Positions 1-10,486 of a stretch of 64,000 bases of DNA are shown here, piece after piece. The translations under genes and the position numbers were made by a program. The stretch is from positions 704,001 through 768,000 of the forward strand of contig OY970340.1 in NCBI GenBank assembly GCA_963717465.1. The letters run 5' to 3'. The notes below the pieces were generated by a model. It was not told where the DNA came from. It saw nothing but the letters and a program-made list of their open reading frames with translations, and searched no databases. The stretch is from Candidatus Bathyarchaeota archaeon. GTDB taxonomy: Archaea > Thermoproteota > Bathyarchaeia > Bathyarchaeales > Bathycorpusculaceae. The first letter of the stretch is position 1. The number at the start of each line of letters is the position of its first letter.

Positions 1-95
1 TCAGTATCGGTAATTAGTAAGTATTAAATGTACTTAGGAAAAACACCAATTTAGGTGAACTCCAAGTTTAATAACTCAAACCCGGAAGTGAAAAA

Positions 96-314
96 ATGAA
101 CGAAAAATTTTTTGCTATCATGCTATTAGCTGGTGTAGTTCTCCTAATTGTAGGTTCTATCGTGGTCTTTTCCGCCATGAATCAAGTGGTCGAAAGTCCA
201 TTCATTACAGATGTTAACAGCATTTGGAATGCTGAGCTCTATGGTTTAACAACATTAATGGCTGGAATTCTTCTAACCCTCATAGGAACCCTTAAGATTT
301 TCAAGTACATGTAA
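96..314 (+). CDS. small hypothetical membrane protein (2 hydrophobic segments)
   Basis: 72-aa ATG ORF with two long hydrophobic stretches; no family recognised. Confidence 0.5.
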   Translation: MNEKFFAIMLLAGVVLLIVGSIVVFSAMNQVVESPFITDVNSIWNAELYGLTTLMAGILLTLIGTLKIFKYM

Positions 315-457
315 ACTGTGCTCTTTAGATGAAAAGGCTAAACTTAGCCAATCAACACGTCCAATTTTCTACCTTTTTCAGTAATGGTTAATCTTTTAGG
401 TGACTAGTCACCTTGGCATATAGTATAGTTTACAGAAGGCTTAGTGGGGTCTTCAAT

Positions 458-1354
458 ATGGAGAAATTTGAAGAATTATCTTATTCAATTGAAAATTTCA
501 TTAAGACCAACGTTGAAAAACTGGAAAAGATGGCGCAATAATCGGGGTATAAGGGGAGGAATAGATTCTTCAGTTGTTGCTTTTCTCTGCGTTAAAGCAC
601 TGGGCAAGGGCAAAGTTTTCGGCTTAATAATGCCTGAAAAAGAAAGCTCCCCCGAAAATATAAGAGACGCTGAAGAAATCGCAAAAATTCTTAAAATAAA
701 ATATGAAAAAATAGACTTGACTCCCCTTTTGGAGAAGATAGGCGTCTACAAGCATATACCACCAGTTACTTTGAAGAACAAATTTTTAGTCGAAAAAAGC
801 TTTGAAACTTATATTAAAAGCAAAGGAGGCAAAATGCTTCACAGCGCGGGCGCATTTGGCATGACAACTTCTGACCGCTTAGCTCAAAGAGTCACACAGC
901 TACCATGTTGCCAAAACTGAGACTAAGAAGCATGCTCCTGTACTATCGCGCTACGCTGAAAAATTATCTAGTAGTTGGGACAACAAACAAAACTGAATAT
1001 CTACTTGGTCACTATGATAAGTACGGCGATGGAGCCTGCGACATAGAACCTATAAGAAAACTCTACAAGACAAATGTAAAAAAGATTGCAAGATCCTTGG
1101 AAGTGCCAGAAAAAATAATTGCAAAACCGCCAACCCATTACTTACTCGCCGGATTCGTTTTAACAGATGAAAAAATGATGGGATATACTTTTGAAAAAGT
1201 TGATCCGATACTAGCAAAAATCGAAAAAGGAGAAAACACAGAAAAAATAGCTAAGGAATCAGATATTGACATTGACTCAGTAAAAGAGTTGGAAAAAGCG
1301 ATACAGATTCAAGAAACACACAGAGAAATGCCTCTCTATCCCAAATTAACTTAA
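458..1354 (+). CDS. nadE: NH3-dependent NAD+ synthetase, frameshifted as sequenced
   Basis: ATG at 458 (MEKFEEL...); motifs GGIDSSVVA, GLIMP, RLRSMLLYY, GTTNKTE..LGHYDKYGDGACD lie in different frames (indels near 530 and 900). Confidence 0.85.
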
Positions 1355-1598
1355 TATAACCTACCTTTGTTGCGCGAAAGAAAAAAAGAAGCTTTCCCCG
1401 CATTTCTTCTTCCTTTTTCTAATTTGTTTAAAATAGATTCGAATTATGACACAAATTAGTTGCAAAAAACTATCCATATGACGCGAAAAAAGCCTCGAAA
1501 ATGTAAAAAACTTATCAACAGCGAGAAATGCCAATCACTATCTATATATTGGTGTTGTTTAGAAATGCATTAAATAGAAAATAAACTGTGATGAGTGT

Positions 1599-1991
1599 AT
1601 GAGCAAGCCAGTTGATGTTGGAAGTTTACGTGTTGGAGGCTACATGATTATCGATGGCGAACCATGCCGAATAGTGGACATTGCAAAATCAAAGCCTGGA
1701 AAACACGGTTCTGCAAAAGCAAGAATAGTAGCCATCGGCGTATTTGATAATCAAAAAAGACAATTCGTCAAACCTGTCGATTTAGGAGCTGAGGTTCCAA
1801 TAATTGACAAAAGAACTGGACAAGTTTTTGCAATTAACCCAACAGGCGTCCAAATAATGGATTTAGAAACCTACGAATACTTAGACGCGCCTTTCCCTGA
1901 CGAAGAAGACCTGAAGGCTAAGCTGGTTTCTGGCGCAGAAATAGAATACTGGAAGATACTTGGCAAGGTCAAAATTGTTAGAGTAAAATAA
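1599..1991 (+). CDS. eif5a: translation factor aIF-5A
   Basis: hypusination motif SKPGKHGSAK; typical 130-aa length. Confidence 0.97.
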   Translation: MSKPVDVGSLRVGGYMIIDGEPCRIVDIAKSKPGKHGSAKARIVAIGVFDNQKRQFVKPVDLGAEVPIIDKRTGQVFAINPTGVQIMDLETYEYLDAPFPDEEDLKAKLVSGAEIEYWKILGKVKIVRVK

Positions 1992-2274
1992 ACCGATCGA
2001 TTTCTTTCCAACTTTTACATCGTTCTTTATTATTCAAACACAAAGATTCGGCAGAAGATTCCATGAAAGTTTATTTCTTAGCTTATTGCTTTTTTGATGT
2101 TGAAGCCAATGATGCATGAAGAGCCGTCTGAATTTGTGAAGAACATTTTAATGGGGACTGAGGCTTCAAAACCCATTATCTAACCAAAAACTCATCTTCT
2201 CATTATCCTGTTATTAAGTATCATTCTAGCGATTATTAATGTAAAAAAATTACTTGGGATACAGAGATATGATG

Positions 2275-3378
2275 CTAATCTTCTCTCCAATTGAACAATT
2301 TTGTTGCGGCTACAAAGAGCACAATCGTAATTATTGCAATAACGGCAATATCGATCATAGCCTGTGTATAGTTACCGTATATCATTACAGCGCTTAAGCC
2401 GTCAATTACGTAGGTTAATGGAAGGACGTGTGCTACGTATTGCAGATACAGTGGTAGAGAGGTTACAGGATAGAATACGCCTGAAAGAAGCATCATCGGA
2501 ATTAGTATCAAGTATAGTATCGTGTTAGCTGATTCGGGGTCCTTTGTTAAAGTTCCCGCTAGCATGCCTAATGCGGCGAAAAGTATCGGCCCCAAGATTA
2601 GGAATGGAATAAGCCAGACTGTTAATGAGATGTGTGCGCCGAAGACAAGTATTCCGACGGCAACCATCGGCAGGAAAGAGAGGGCATTCAAGAAAGTGCT
2701 CCATAGTGCTTTTGAGGCAAGCCATTCTGTCTTGGTTAAAGGGGTTAGCGATAGCTGTTTGAAGAGTTTTGTTTTTTTGTATTCAGATGAAACGCTTATT
2801 ATAGCCTCCATCGGGGTCAAGCATAAAGAAAGGCCGATGAGTCCGGGGACAAGAAAATCAATGTATTTGTGCACTTCGGGGTTAACCGTGGTTTGACTCA
2901 TTTCTATTATCGCTGAACCATTATAACGATTCAAGTTGAATGCGTTTATGACCCCGTTCACAGTTTCACTTACAATCGCGCTGGAGCTTGAAGCGGGATT
3001 CCCGTAAACGGTCACGTTGATAGGCTTGGCATCCTCATAACTCGAAGAAAAATTCGCAGGAATAACAATTCCGTCAGATGCCGATTGAGATGAGAGATAC
3101 TGGGCGAAGTTATCAGAAGGATTCACCAGCAATATGTGAATTGTGCCTGTGCTATTAAGAGCGTTAATGAATTGGGTTGAAACTTGACCGTTGTCTTGGT
3201 TCTGAAGGTAGACATTTACTTGTCCGGAGGAGCTTCCAGAGAAAAAGGAAAAAATAGCGCCAAAAGCGAACATCATGATTAAAGGAGAAATTAGAGCTGC
3301 AAGCAGAAAAGTCCTGCTTCTTACAACTCCAAGACCATATAAATGCAGATCACCAAAAATTCTCTTTGCGCTGGTCAT
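2275..3378 (-). CDS. ABC-2 type transporter permease
   Basis: N-terminal TM, extracellular loop, YIDFLVPG..G and LSGVFYP...LP motifs; directly downstream of an ABC ATPase. Confidence 0.9.
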   Translation of the reverse strand: MTSAKRIFGDLHLYGLGVVRSRTFLLAALISPLIMMFAFGAIFSFFSGSSSGQVNVYLQNQDNGQVSTQFINALNSTGTIHILLVNPSDNFAQYLSSQSASDGIVIPANFSSSYEDAKPINVTVYGNPASSSSAIVSETVNGVINAFNLNRYNGSAIIEMSQTTVNPEVHKYIDFLVPGLIGLSLCLTPMEAIISVSSEYKKTKLFKQLSLTPLTKTEWLASKALWSTFLNALSFLPMVAVGILVFGAHISLTVWLIPFLILGPILFAALGMLAGTLTKDPESANTILYLILIPMMLLSGVFYPVTSLPLYLQYVAHVLPLTYVIDGLSAVMIYGNYTQAMIDIAVIAIITIVLFVAATKLFNWRED

Positions 3379-3380
3379 CT

Positions 3381-4349
3381 TTAGTGTCTCCTTTGACCTC
3401 CATGATTGTTGTTGCCATGCTCTGCCATGATTGTTCCATGCTCATCCATCTTTCCACGCACCAACTTGACGAACACATCGTCTAAGCTATCCTCGTGGGT
3501 GTGTATTTCTCCCCAATCAAGCCCTGATTGTTTAGCTGCAGTTAAAGCTGTTAATGCATCAGTTTTTTCGCTAAGCCGTATACGGATCAAGCTTTTGTCC
3601 TTATCATATTCAACATTTAGACCCGTGTTCGCAATGATGTAATTTGCCAGATTTTCAGATGCTTGGATTTCAAGTCTTTCCCCTGAACCATGCTCCTTAA
3701 TGATTTCACCTGAAGTTCCCATCGCCATTATTTGTCCATGATCCATGATCGCTACTTCGTCCGAAAGTTGCTGAGCTTCATCCAGGTAGTGCGTAGTTAG
3801 AATTACTGTTTTCCCTTTGCTCTGCAACCCTTTTATGACTTCCCAGATTGTCCTTCTCGCGTTTGGGTCAAGTCCCGTGGTCGGTTCATCGAGAAAGAGA
3901 AGTTCAGGAGAATTCACAAGTGACAGGGCAAGCCCAACCTTTTGCTTCTGACCTCCAGAAAGATTCTCGTACAATACGCCTGCAGAATCCTCCAACAAAA
4001 CTTCATTCAGGATGTCGTCTGGATTCACTTCTATGCCGAAAAGAATTCCATAGTATTTCACCGCTTCTCTTGGGGTTGCTTTGTTGAAAAATGTAAAGTT
4101 TTGAGGTATAACCCCGATTCTTTTACGAAGCAGGTTACTGTTTTCCCAAGGATCAAGACCGAATATTTTCACGATGCCTTCGTCTCTTTTCCGTAAACCC
4201 TCCAGAATCTCTATCAGAGTAGTCTTGCCTGCACCGTTCGGGCCGAGGAGAGCGAAGATCTCGCCCTCGTCTACTGAGAAGGAAACTCCATCAATTGCTT
4301 TCAGATTACCGTAAGACTTTTTGATTGAAGAAATTTCAACTGGAAGCAT
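3381..4349 (-). CDS. ABC transporter ATP-binding protein (DrrA/NodI-like exporter)
   Basis: Walker A GPNGAGKTT, signature LSGGQ, Walker B LLFLDEPT, H-loop TTH; start either ATG 4349 or TTG 4376. Confidence 0.93.
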   Translation of the reverse strand: MLPVEISSIKKSYGNLKAIDGVSFSVDEGEIFALLGPNGAGKTTLIEILEGLRKRDEGIVKIFGLDPWENSNLLRKRIGVIPQNFTFFNKATPREAVKYYGILFGIEVNPDDILNEVLLEDSAGVLYENLSGGQKQKVGLALSLVNSPELLFLDEPTTGLDPNARRTIWEVIKGLQSKGKTVILTTHYLDEAQQLSDEVAIMDHGQIMAMGTSGEIIKEHGSGERLEIQASENLANYIIANTGLNVEYDKDKSLIRIRLSEKTDALTALTAAKQSGLDWGEIHTHEDSLDDVFVKLVRGKMDEHGTIMAEHGNNNHGGQRRH

Positions 4350-4395
4350 CCAAATGGCCTCTGATTTATTTGTCAAGTATGCCTGAGCTGTTTTA

Positions 4396-4442
4396 TTTAG
4401 GTTAGCCTAATTAATAAGCTTTTAGGTTAACCTAATTAATAA
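4396..4442. promoter_or_regulatory. tandem palindromic operator, DtxR/IdeR/MntR-like
   Basis: two 22-bp copies TTTAGGTTA(G/A)CCTAATTAATAA at 4396-4417 and 4421-4442; the second contains the perfect palindrome TTAGGTTAACCTAA. Confidence 0.7.
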
Positions 4443-4623
4443 TCTTCATAAAACTTCATTTGCTTTAACAAAAATTTCAGCCGTTGTGAGATTTAAGCGT
4501 CATTCCACCAAAAAATCATAACAAACAAAAATGAAACCGTCAAAATGTGAACGTTTAATATTCTATGTTGTTGTGTAATCTTTATCTAAAAGCGCAATAG
4601 ATGTTTAAGGGCTGGAGACACTG

Positions 4624-5973
4624 ATGGCTTTAGACCGTTTAGGATCCTCACTTTACGATGCCTTAAAAAAGGTTTTTAGAGCTTCTGTAGTTGATGAGGC
4701 TACAGTTAAGGAGCTTGTTCGTGACATTCAAAGAGCTTTACTTCAGGCAGATGTTAATGTTCAACTTGTACTTGCAATATCTAAAAGCATTGAGGACCGA
4801 GCGCTGAAGGAAAATGTGCCGCCTGGCATTTCAAGACGAGAGCACGTTATAAAAGTTGTTTATGAGGAATTAACCAAATTTGTCGGCGATAAACCTGTTC
4901 CACTAAAAATGGAGCCTGGAAAAAAGAAGACTATCATGCTTGTCGGAATTCAAGGTTCTGGAAAAACCACTCAGGCCGCTAAACTTGCACGATATTTTCA
5001 GAAGAGAGGCTTAAAGCCCGCGTTAATCTGCGCTGACACTTATCGACCTGGTGCTTTCGCGCAGCTTCAACAGTTAGCAAACCGAATAAACCTACCCATT
5101 TACGGTGAACCCAACACTAAGGACCCCGTTAAAGTGGTCAGGGAAGGGTTGAAACAGTTTGATGACAAAGACTTGATAATCGTTGACACAGCTGGTAGGC
5201 ATAAGGAAGAGAAAGAATTAATCAAAGAGATGAAAGAACTCGAGAAGAACATTAAGCCCGACGAAGTTATCATGGTAATAGACGGAACCATCGGTCAACA
5301 AGCGCTTATCCAAGCGAAAACATTCCATGAAGCAACACCAATAGGCGCAATAATAGTCACAAAACTCGATGGCTCCTCACGAGGCGGAGGAGCACTTTCA
5401 GCTGTCGCAGCAACCGGAGCACCGATAAAATTCATTGGCACCGGAGAAAAAATTGAAGATATTGAATCTTTTGTTCCTTCACGTTTTGTTGGACGCCTCT
5501 TAGGAATGGGTGATTTGGAGACTCTTCTGGAAAAAGTGAAAGACGCTCAGGTGCAGGTTCCCAAAAAGAAAGCCAAGGAAATTCTCAGCGGCAACTTCAC
5601 TTTAACGGACATGTATGACCAGTTTGAAGCAGTCAAGGGCATGGGTCCATTCAGGAAAGTCCTCAAGATGCTGCCAGGAATGTCGTACGATTTACCTGAA
5701 GACATGCTTAACACTGCTGAAGATCGACTTGAAAAATGGCGCGTAATCATCCAATCAATGAGTCCTAAAGAGAAAGAGAATCCTAAACTGTTTAATTCTT
5801 CACGAATTCGACGCGTAGCTCGTGGCTCAGGAACAACTGAAAGAGACGTAAAAGACCTTCTAAAGCAATACGTGATGATGCGCAAAATGCTAAAGACATT
5901 CAAACACAAAAAGAAGTTACCCTTCGGCTTAGGCGGAATGGGCGGCAAGGGATTTCCAAAAGATTTCAAGTAG
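4624..5973 (+). CDS. srp54: signal recognition particle protein SRP54
   Basis: GIQGSGKTT, DTYRPGA, DTAGRH, TKLDG motifs and Met-rich M domain. Confidence 0.98.
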   Translation: MALDRLGSSLYDALKKVFRASVVDEATVKELVRDIQRALLQADVNVQLVLAISKSIEDRALKENVPPGISRREHVIKVVYEELTKFVGDKPVPLKMEPGKKKTIMLVGIQGSGKTTQAAKLARYFQKRGLKPALICADTYRPGAFAQLQQLANRINLPIYGEPNTKDPVKVVREGLKQFDDKDLIIVDTAGRHKEEKELIKEMKELEKNIKPDEVIMVIDGTIGQQALIQAKTFHEATPIGAIIVTKLDGSSRGGGALSAVAATGAPIKFIGTGEKIEDIESFVPSRFVGRLLGMGDLETLLEKVKDAQVQVPKKKAKEILSGNFTLTDMYDQFEAVKGMGPFRKVLKMLPGMSYDLPEDMLNTAEDRLEKWRVIIQSMSPKEKENPKLFNSSRIRRVARGSGTTERDVKDLLKQYVMMRKMLKTFKHKKKLPFGLGGMGGKGFPKDFK

Positions 5974-5982
5974 GCTTAACTG

Positions 5983-7311
5983 ATGGATGTTTTAGAAAAA
6001 GCGTTTGAGCTTCTCAGCACACACCCTCTATGCGACAATTGCCTTGGAAGACAATTCGCATCACTTGGTTACAGCATGGAAAACAACATTCGCGGAACAG
6101 CAATAAAAATAAGCTTAACCATGCAAACAAGCGACTTAGCACAAACAAAAACAACTGAAGCTACCAAGCGCCTTAAAATTTTAGCAACAAATGGCTTTTC
6201 AAGAGAAGCTCAAGAAACCCTAAAGCACATGAAAAAAAAGGTTCCAAAAACAAGTACTGACTGCTTTTTGTGCGAAGGCAAGTTTAAGCTAATTGATAAC
6301 ATGCTTCCAAAATCTTTAGCTGCCCTAGCAAATTATGAGTACTCCACCTTTTTGGTTGGCATAGAGTTGCCCATGAAAGTAGAGGAGCGGGAAGATGAAC
6401 TTAAAGCCCAATTTAACCTTTGCTATGGAGAAAGCATTAGACATGAATTTGGGCGATTGTTCGGAAAAGCCTTAGCTGAAAAGACGGGCAAAGAAGTTGA
6501 TTATCTAACGCCTGATATCGTCGTGGTTATCAACCCTTTTTCTGAGAACTTTAGACTTCAGGTCAACCCCCTATTTGTTGCTGGTCGATACCGTAAACTT
6601 GTCAGGACTATTCCTCAATCAAAATGGTTCTGTTCAAACTGCCGTGGAAAAGGCTGCGAAAAATGCGGTGGAACCGGCAAACTGTATCCTGAATCCGTGG
6701 AAGAGTTAGCTTCAAAGCCCCTGCTTGAGGCTGTTGAAGGAGAAAAAACTGCTTTTCACGCTTCTGGAAGAGAAGATATTGATGCTCGGATGCTAGGTAC
6801 GGGTCGACCATTCGTAATTGAAATTTCAAAACCCAAAAAACGATTTGTTGATTTGAAAGAAATTGAAGCAGCCATAAACGCAAATGCTGTTGATAAAGTC
6901 AAAGTTTCACGTCTGCATTTTTCGAGCAAGAACGCTGTTAGACGACTAAAAAAAGGTGAGGGCGCACAAAAAGAGTATCGGTTGCTTGCTAGCTTCGAAT
7001 CTGACGTTTCAGATGAAGGCTTATGTATGTTAGAGGAAAAGCTCAGCGGCTGTTCAATCAAACAACAAACGCCCTTACGCGTTCTGCATAGAAGGGCAGA
7101 TTTAACCCGAGAAAAGTACATATATAAGGTTAAAGTTAAGAAGGTGTCACCTAAAAGGGCTCTGTTGGAAATTCGTTGCCAAGGCGGCCTTTACGTTAAA
7201 GAATTGGTGTCTGGAGATGAAGGTAGAACCATACCAAACGTTTCGGATTTGCTTGGAAACAGAGCGAAGACGCTTAAACTTGATGTTTTAAACGTTATAA
7301 TTGATGATTAA
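5983..7311 (+). CDS. pus10: tRNA pseudouridine(54/55) synthase Pus10
   Basis: LCDNCLGR N-terminal Zn site, catalytic SGREDIDARMLG, QQTPLRVLHRR, GLYVKEL. Confidence 0.95.
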   Translation: MDVLEKAFELLSTHPLCDNCLGRQFASLGYSMENNIRGTAIKISLTMQTSDLAQTKTTEATKRLKILATNGFSREAQETLKHMKKKVPKTSTDCFLCEGKFKLIDNMLPKSLAALANYEYSTFLVGIELPMKVEEREDELKAQFNLCYGESIRHEFGRLFGKALAEKTGKEVDYLTPDIVVVINPFSENFRLQVNPLFVAGRYRKLVRTIPQSKWFCSNCRGKGCEKCGGTGKLYPESVEELASKPLLEAVEGEKTAFHASGREDIDARMLGTGRPFVIEISKPKKRFVDLKEIEAAINANAVDKVKVSRLHFSSKNAVRRLKKGEGAQKEYRLLASFESDVSDEGLCMLEEKLSGCSIKQQTPLRVLHRRADLTREKYIYKVKVKKVSPKRALLEIRCQGGLYVKELVSGDEGRTIPNVSDLLGNRAKTLKLDVLNVIIDD

Positions 7312-7325
7312 ATGGTGAATGTTGA

Positions 7326-7622
7326 ATGAGAGGTTCAAAAGGATATTACGCTGGAACTCGTAGTCTATTAAAGAAACCTAATCGAGAAAAAGGTAAACCA
7401 CAGATTAGCAAATTACTGTATGAATATACTCCAGGCTCTCAAGTAATTATAAAGATGAACTCTAGCGTACAAAAAAGCATGCCTCACAAACGTTTTCACG
7501 GAAAAATAGGCAACATAGTCGAAAAGCGGGGTCGAAGCTACGTGGTAAGCGTGGCCCAAGGCAACGCAGTTAAGGAAATCATTGTTCGATCCGAGCATCT
7601 TGAACCTTACAAGGGTAGTTGA
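7326..7622 (+). CDS. rpl21e: 50S ribosomal protein L21e
   Basis: SKGY..GTR, MPHKRFHGK.G motifs; conserved operon position. Confidence 0.96.
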   Translation: MRGSKGYYAGTRSLLKKPNREKGKPQISKLLYEYTPGSQVIIKMNSSVQKSMPHKRFHGKIGNIVEKRGRSYVVSVAQGNAVKEIIVRSEHLEPYKGS

Positions 7623-7626
7623 GAAA

Positions 7627-7965
7627 ATGAGCAAGAGAGAATTAAGCGAAAGCCGCTTGACGCTGCCCCAAGTAAAAAAAGCCTTGGAATCCATAGGCGA
7701 AGAAAACTTGGACCAGTTTCAACGCAGAACCCTTGATTACGTTAGCAAGTTTTCAAAAATTAGCCCTGAAAAAGCAGAAGAACTCAAGGAAAAATTTGTG
7801 AAGGAATACGAACTTGATGAAGTTGAGGCTGTCCAAATCTTAAATTGCATGCCTGAAACAGTTGACGAATTACGCGTTTTTCTAGCCGGCGGACGCAAAA
7901 TCATTGAAACATCAAAATTAGCCACTATAGTTGCACTTTTGAATGAGAATAAGACGCTTAAATAG
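7627..7965 (+). CDS. rpoF: RNA polymerase subunit Rpo4 (RpoF)
   Basis: ATG at 7627; FQRRTLDY..KFSK and LNCMPETVDELR; follows rpl21e as in the conserved archaeal operon. Confidence 0.92.
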   Translation: MSKRELSESRLTLPQVKKALESIGEENLDQFQRRTLDYVSKFSKISPEKAEELKEKFVKEYELDEVEAVQILNCMPETVDELRVFLAGGRKIIETSKLATIVALLNENKTLK

Positions 7966-8042
7966 CCTCCGAGCAACTAAGTATTTTTAAGCAGTAAATG
8001 CCAATAGAATACAGGTAGAATACAGGTTAGTGTGGCAGTTTA

Positions 8043-8609
8043 ATGGAAAAACGATATGAGGAATACGCTTACGTACTAGACTTCTTGCAACATGGGAAGC
8101 CAGGCCTGCATCCGACTGGACGAGCAGGATACCGAGCTGGAGCTCTAATTCAATGTGTAGGCGAAGAATTCTTCACCATTCTGGAAGCCCTTGTGAAAGA
8201 AGGCTTAATTCTAAAGCCAGGTGACCGCGTTTACGTGGGGAAAGATTCACGCGAAGAGGTAACCTACATCATCGGACGCATAAATTTTGAAGAATTAACT
8301 GCCTCAGCGAAAGCGGAGCTTTCAAGCGTTATTAACCGTATAGTGTTGAACCGTGAGGCATGGTTTGTACACTTCTTTAATACTTCACAAGCTATTACTC
8401 CCCGAATGCATGCGCTAGAACTGGTTCCTGGCATTGGCAAAAAGTACATGTGGCAAGTAATCAACGAACGCACTAGAAAACCCTTTGAAAGCTTTGATGA
8501 CTTGCAAAAGCGCACAGAACTACCCAATCCATCAAAGTTGATTACCAAAAGGGTTATGGAGGAGCTTGAGGGCGACAGTAAATATCGTTTATTCACGCGT
8601 GCGCAGTAA
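8043..8609 (+). CDS. DUF655 putative RNA-binding protein
   Basis: EEYAYVLDFL, FFN...ITPRMHALELVPGIGKK helix-hairpin-helix; conserved rpoF-DUF655-ksgA context. Confidence 0.9.
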   Translation: MEKRYEEYAYVLDFLQHGKPGLHPTGRAGYRAGALIQCVGEEFFTILEALVKEGLILKPGDRVYVGKDSREEVTYIIGRINFEELTASAKAELSSVINRIVLNREAWFVHFFNTSQAITPRMHALELVPGIGKKYMWQVINERTRKPFESFDDLQKRTELPNPSKLITKRVMEELEGDSKYRLFTRAQ

Positions 8610-8618
8610 GGTTCAGAG

Positions 8619-9437
8619 ATGACCCTTGAGGAAACGAAGCAGCTGCTTCGAACTTACCGAATTACACCGAACAAGCTTCTTGGCCAAAACTTCATGGTTG
8701 AACCAGCATTTTACCCAAAACTATGCAATTACGCTTCACTAAACGATTCTGATGTTGTGCTTGACGCCGGCGCAGGCTTTGGTTTTTTAGCACGTTTCAT
8801 GGCGGCAAAATGTAAAACGGTAATCGCAGTTGAGAAAGACCCACAAATTGCCAATGCATTGCGTGAACAACTAGAAAACGTTAGCAACGTGGACATTATA
8901 GAAGGAAATGTGTTGAAAGTCAAGCTGCCCGCGTTTAACAAGGTCATTGCTATTCCCCCTTACTACTTATCCTCTAATTTGATAACATGGCTTATTGAAA
9001 GCACTATTGCTTGTTCCGTTTTGATTTTGCAAAAAGAATTTGCTCAAAGACTTATTGCACCCATTGGAAGTGAGGATTACAGTTGGCTAACAGTAGTCAC
9101 CTACCAAAAGGCTGAAGTGGACCTTTTCGACAAGGTTTCGAAAGCATCGTTTTATCCTCAACCAGAAGTCGATTCAGTAATTGTGCACCTAAAACCATGG
9201 AGCAAAACACCATTCAAAGTTAATGACAGCAGCTTTTTTAGGCGAATGGTTAAATGGCTTTTTACGCAACGAAACAAAAAACTCAACAATGCACTTGCCC
9301 CATTTGCCAAAAATGAATTTAAAATTGACAAAATAGAAGCAAAAAGAATAGTTGATAATCTTCCTTTCCAAGATAAACGCGTTAGAGACCTTTCACCTGA
9401 AGATTTTGGAGCTATTGCCAATGCCCTCAGTCGTTAA
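8619..9437 (+). CDS. rsmA: 16S rRNA adenine dimethyltransferase (KsgA/Dim1)
   Basis: LGQNF, DAGAGFG SAM motif, PPYYLSS, FYPQPEVDS, FTQRNKKL. Confidence 0.93.
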   Translation: MTLEETKQLLRTYRITPNKLLGQNFMVEPAFYPKLCNYASLNDSDVVLDAGAGFGFLARFMAAKCKTVIAVEKDPQIANALREQLENVSNVDIIEGNVLKVKLPAFNKVIAIPPYYLSSNLITWLIESTIACSVLILQKEFAQRLIAPIGSEDYSWLTVVTYQKAEVDLFDKVSKASFYPQPEVDSVIVHLKPWSKTPFKVNDSSFFRRMVKWLFTQRNKKLNNALAPFAKNEFKIDKIEAKRIVDNLPFQDKRVRDLSPEDFGAIANALSR

Positions 9438-10038
9438 ACGAGTTAACTTCGACGACTTGAAATTCGACGTTAACGAGAACGTTTACGAACCTTCTGAAGA
9501 CACTTTTCTTTTCGCCGAAAATCTTGATGTAAAAACTGGCGATCAAGTACTTGACATAGGTACTGGCTGCGGCATCCTAGCGATAATAGCAGCAAAAAAA
9601 GCAAACAATGTACTTGCAATAGACGTAAACCCTTATGCTGTTCAGTGCGCCAAAGAAAACGCGATATTAAACAAGGTTCACAATAAAATTTCTTTTATTC
9701 AAACAGACTTGTTCTCGACCTTAAACGACAATGCAAAATTCGACTTAGTCCTCTTCAACGCTCCATACCTGCCCTCAGAAGAAAAAGAAATGGATACTTG
9801 GATAGGCCGATCATGGGCTGGAGGCAAAACAGGTCGACAAGTTATTGATAGATTTATCCCAGCTAGTCCAAAGTATCTGCATTCTTCGGGGCGAATACTT
9901 CTTTTACAATCTTCCTTAACAAACGTTGAAGCGACATTACGCAGGTTTGAAAAATGCCGCCTCAAACCAAGCATTAAGGCAGAGTGTGCCCTGCCTTTTT
10001 TTGAGACAATTGCCTTAATAGAAGCTAAATGGGAATAA
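9421..10038 (+). CDS. HemK2/PrmC-family glutamine N5-methyltransferase
   Basis: VYEPSEDTFL, LDIGTGCG, FNAPY, WAGG..GR; ATG at 9421 overlapping the rsmA end. Confidence 0.9.
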   Translation: MPSVVKRVNFDDLKFDVNENVYEPSEDTFLFAENLDVKTGDQVLDIGTGCGILAIIAAKKANNVLAIDVNPYAVQCAKENAILNKVHNKISFIQTDLFSTLNDNAKFDLVLFNAPYLPSEEKEMDTWIGRSWAGGKTGRQVIDRFIPASPKYLHSSGRILLLQSSLTNVEATLRRFEKCRLKPSIKAECALPFFETIALIEAKWE

Positions 10039-10093
10039 AAAAGCAAATAAACCAAGGTAAATCATTCTATTCAGCAGTGAAGGAGACTAAAAA

Positions 10094-10423
10094 ATGACTC
10101 TTTGGTTTTATGTTAAAACAAGCGATGACCCACAAGTAGTTGGGGAAACTGTTTGTAAATTCAACTTTACGTTAGGCTTGCATCCTGAGGATAAATACTC
10201 ATGGATCTTGGAGAAAGGAAAGGATGAGCCTGGCTACTGGGAGATAAAAGGCAAATACTCAGAAATAAAGGAGCTTACTGTTATCGGCATGGTTTACAGA
10301 ACCGGTGACACAGTGGTGGTATCGGAGATAAATGACGCCTTAGCCCCAGACGTTATTGACCCACTGCTGGAGACGTATGGCTTCGATAACGTTAAATGGC
10401 TAGTTGTCCCATCAAGACATTAA
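10094..10423 (+). CDS. hypothetical protein
   Basis: 109-aa ATG ORF with GGAG ribosome-binding site; no family recognised. Confidence 0.65.
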   Translation: MTLWFYVKTSDDPQVVGETVCKFNFTLGLHPEDKYSWILEKGKDEPGYWEIKGKYSEIKELTVIGMVYRTGDTVVVSEINDALAPDVIDPLLETYGFDNVKWLVVPSRH

Positions 10424-10486
10424 AACAGCCTTCTTTTGATGAAAGACTGAAAACTCTTTTAGCATGCATTGTAAATCATAGGTTAA

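Noticed and set aside
8005..8026. Tandem TAGAATACAGG x2 (and ATCGGGAATAAT x2 at 16093-16116)
   Set aside because: Two-copy short duplications with no further support; likely slippage
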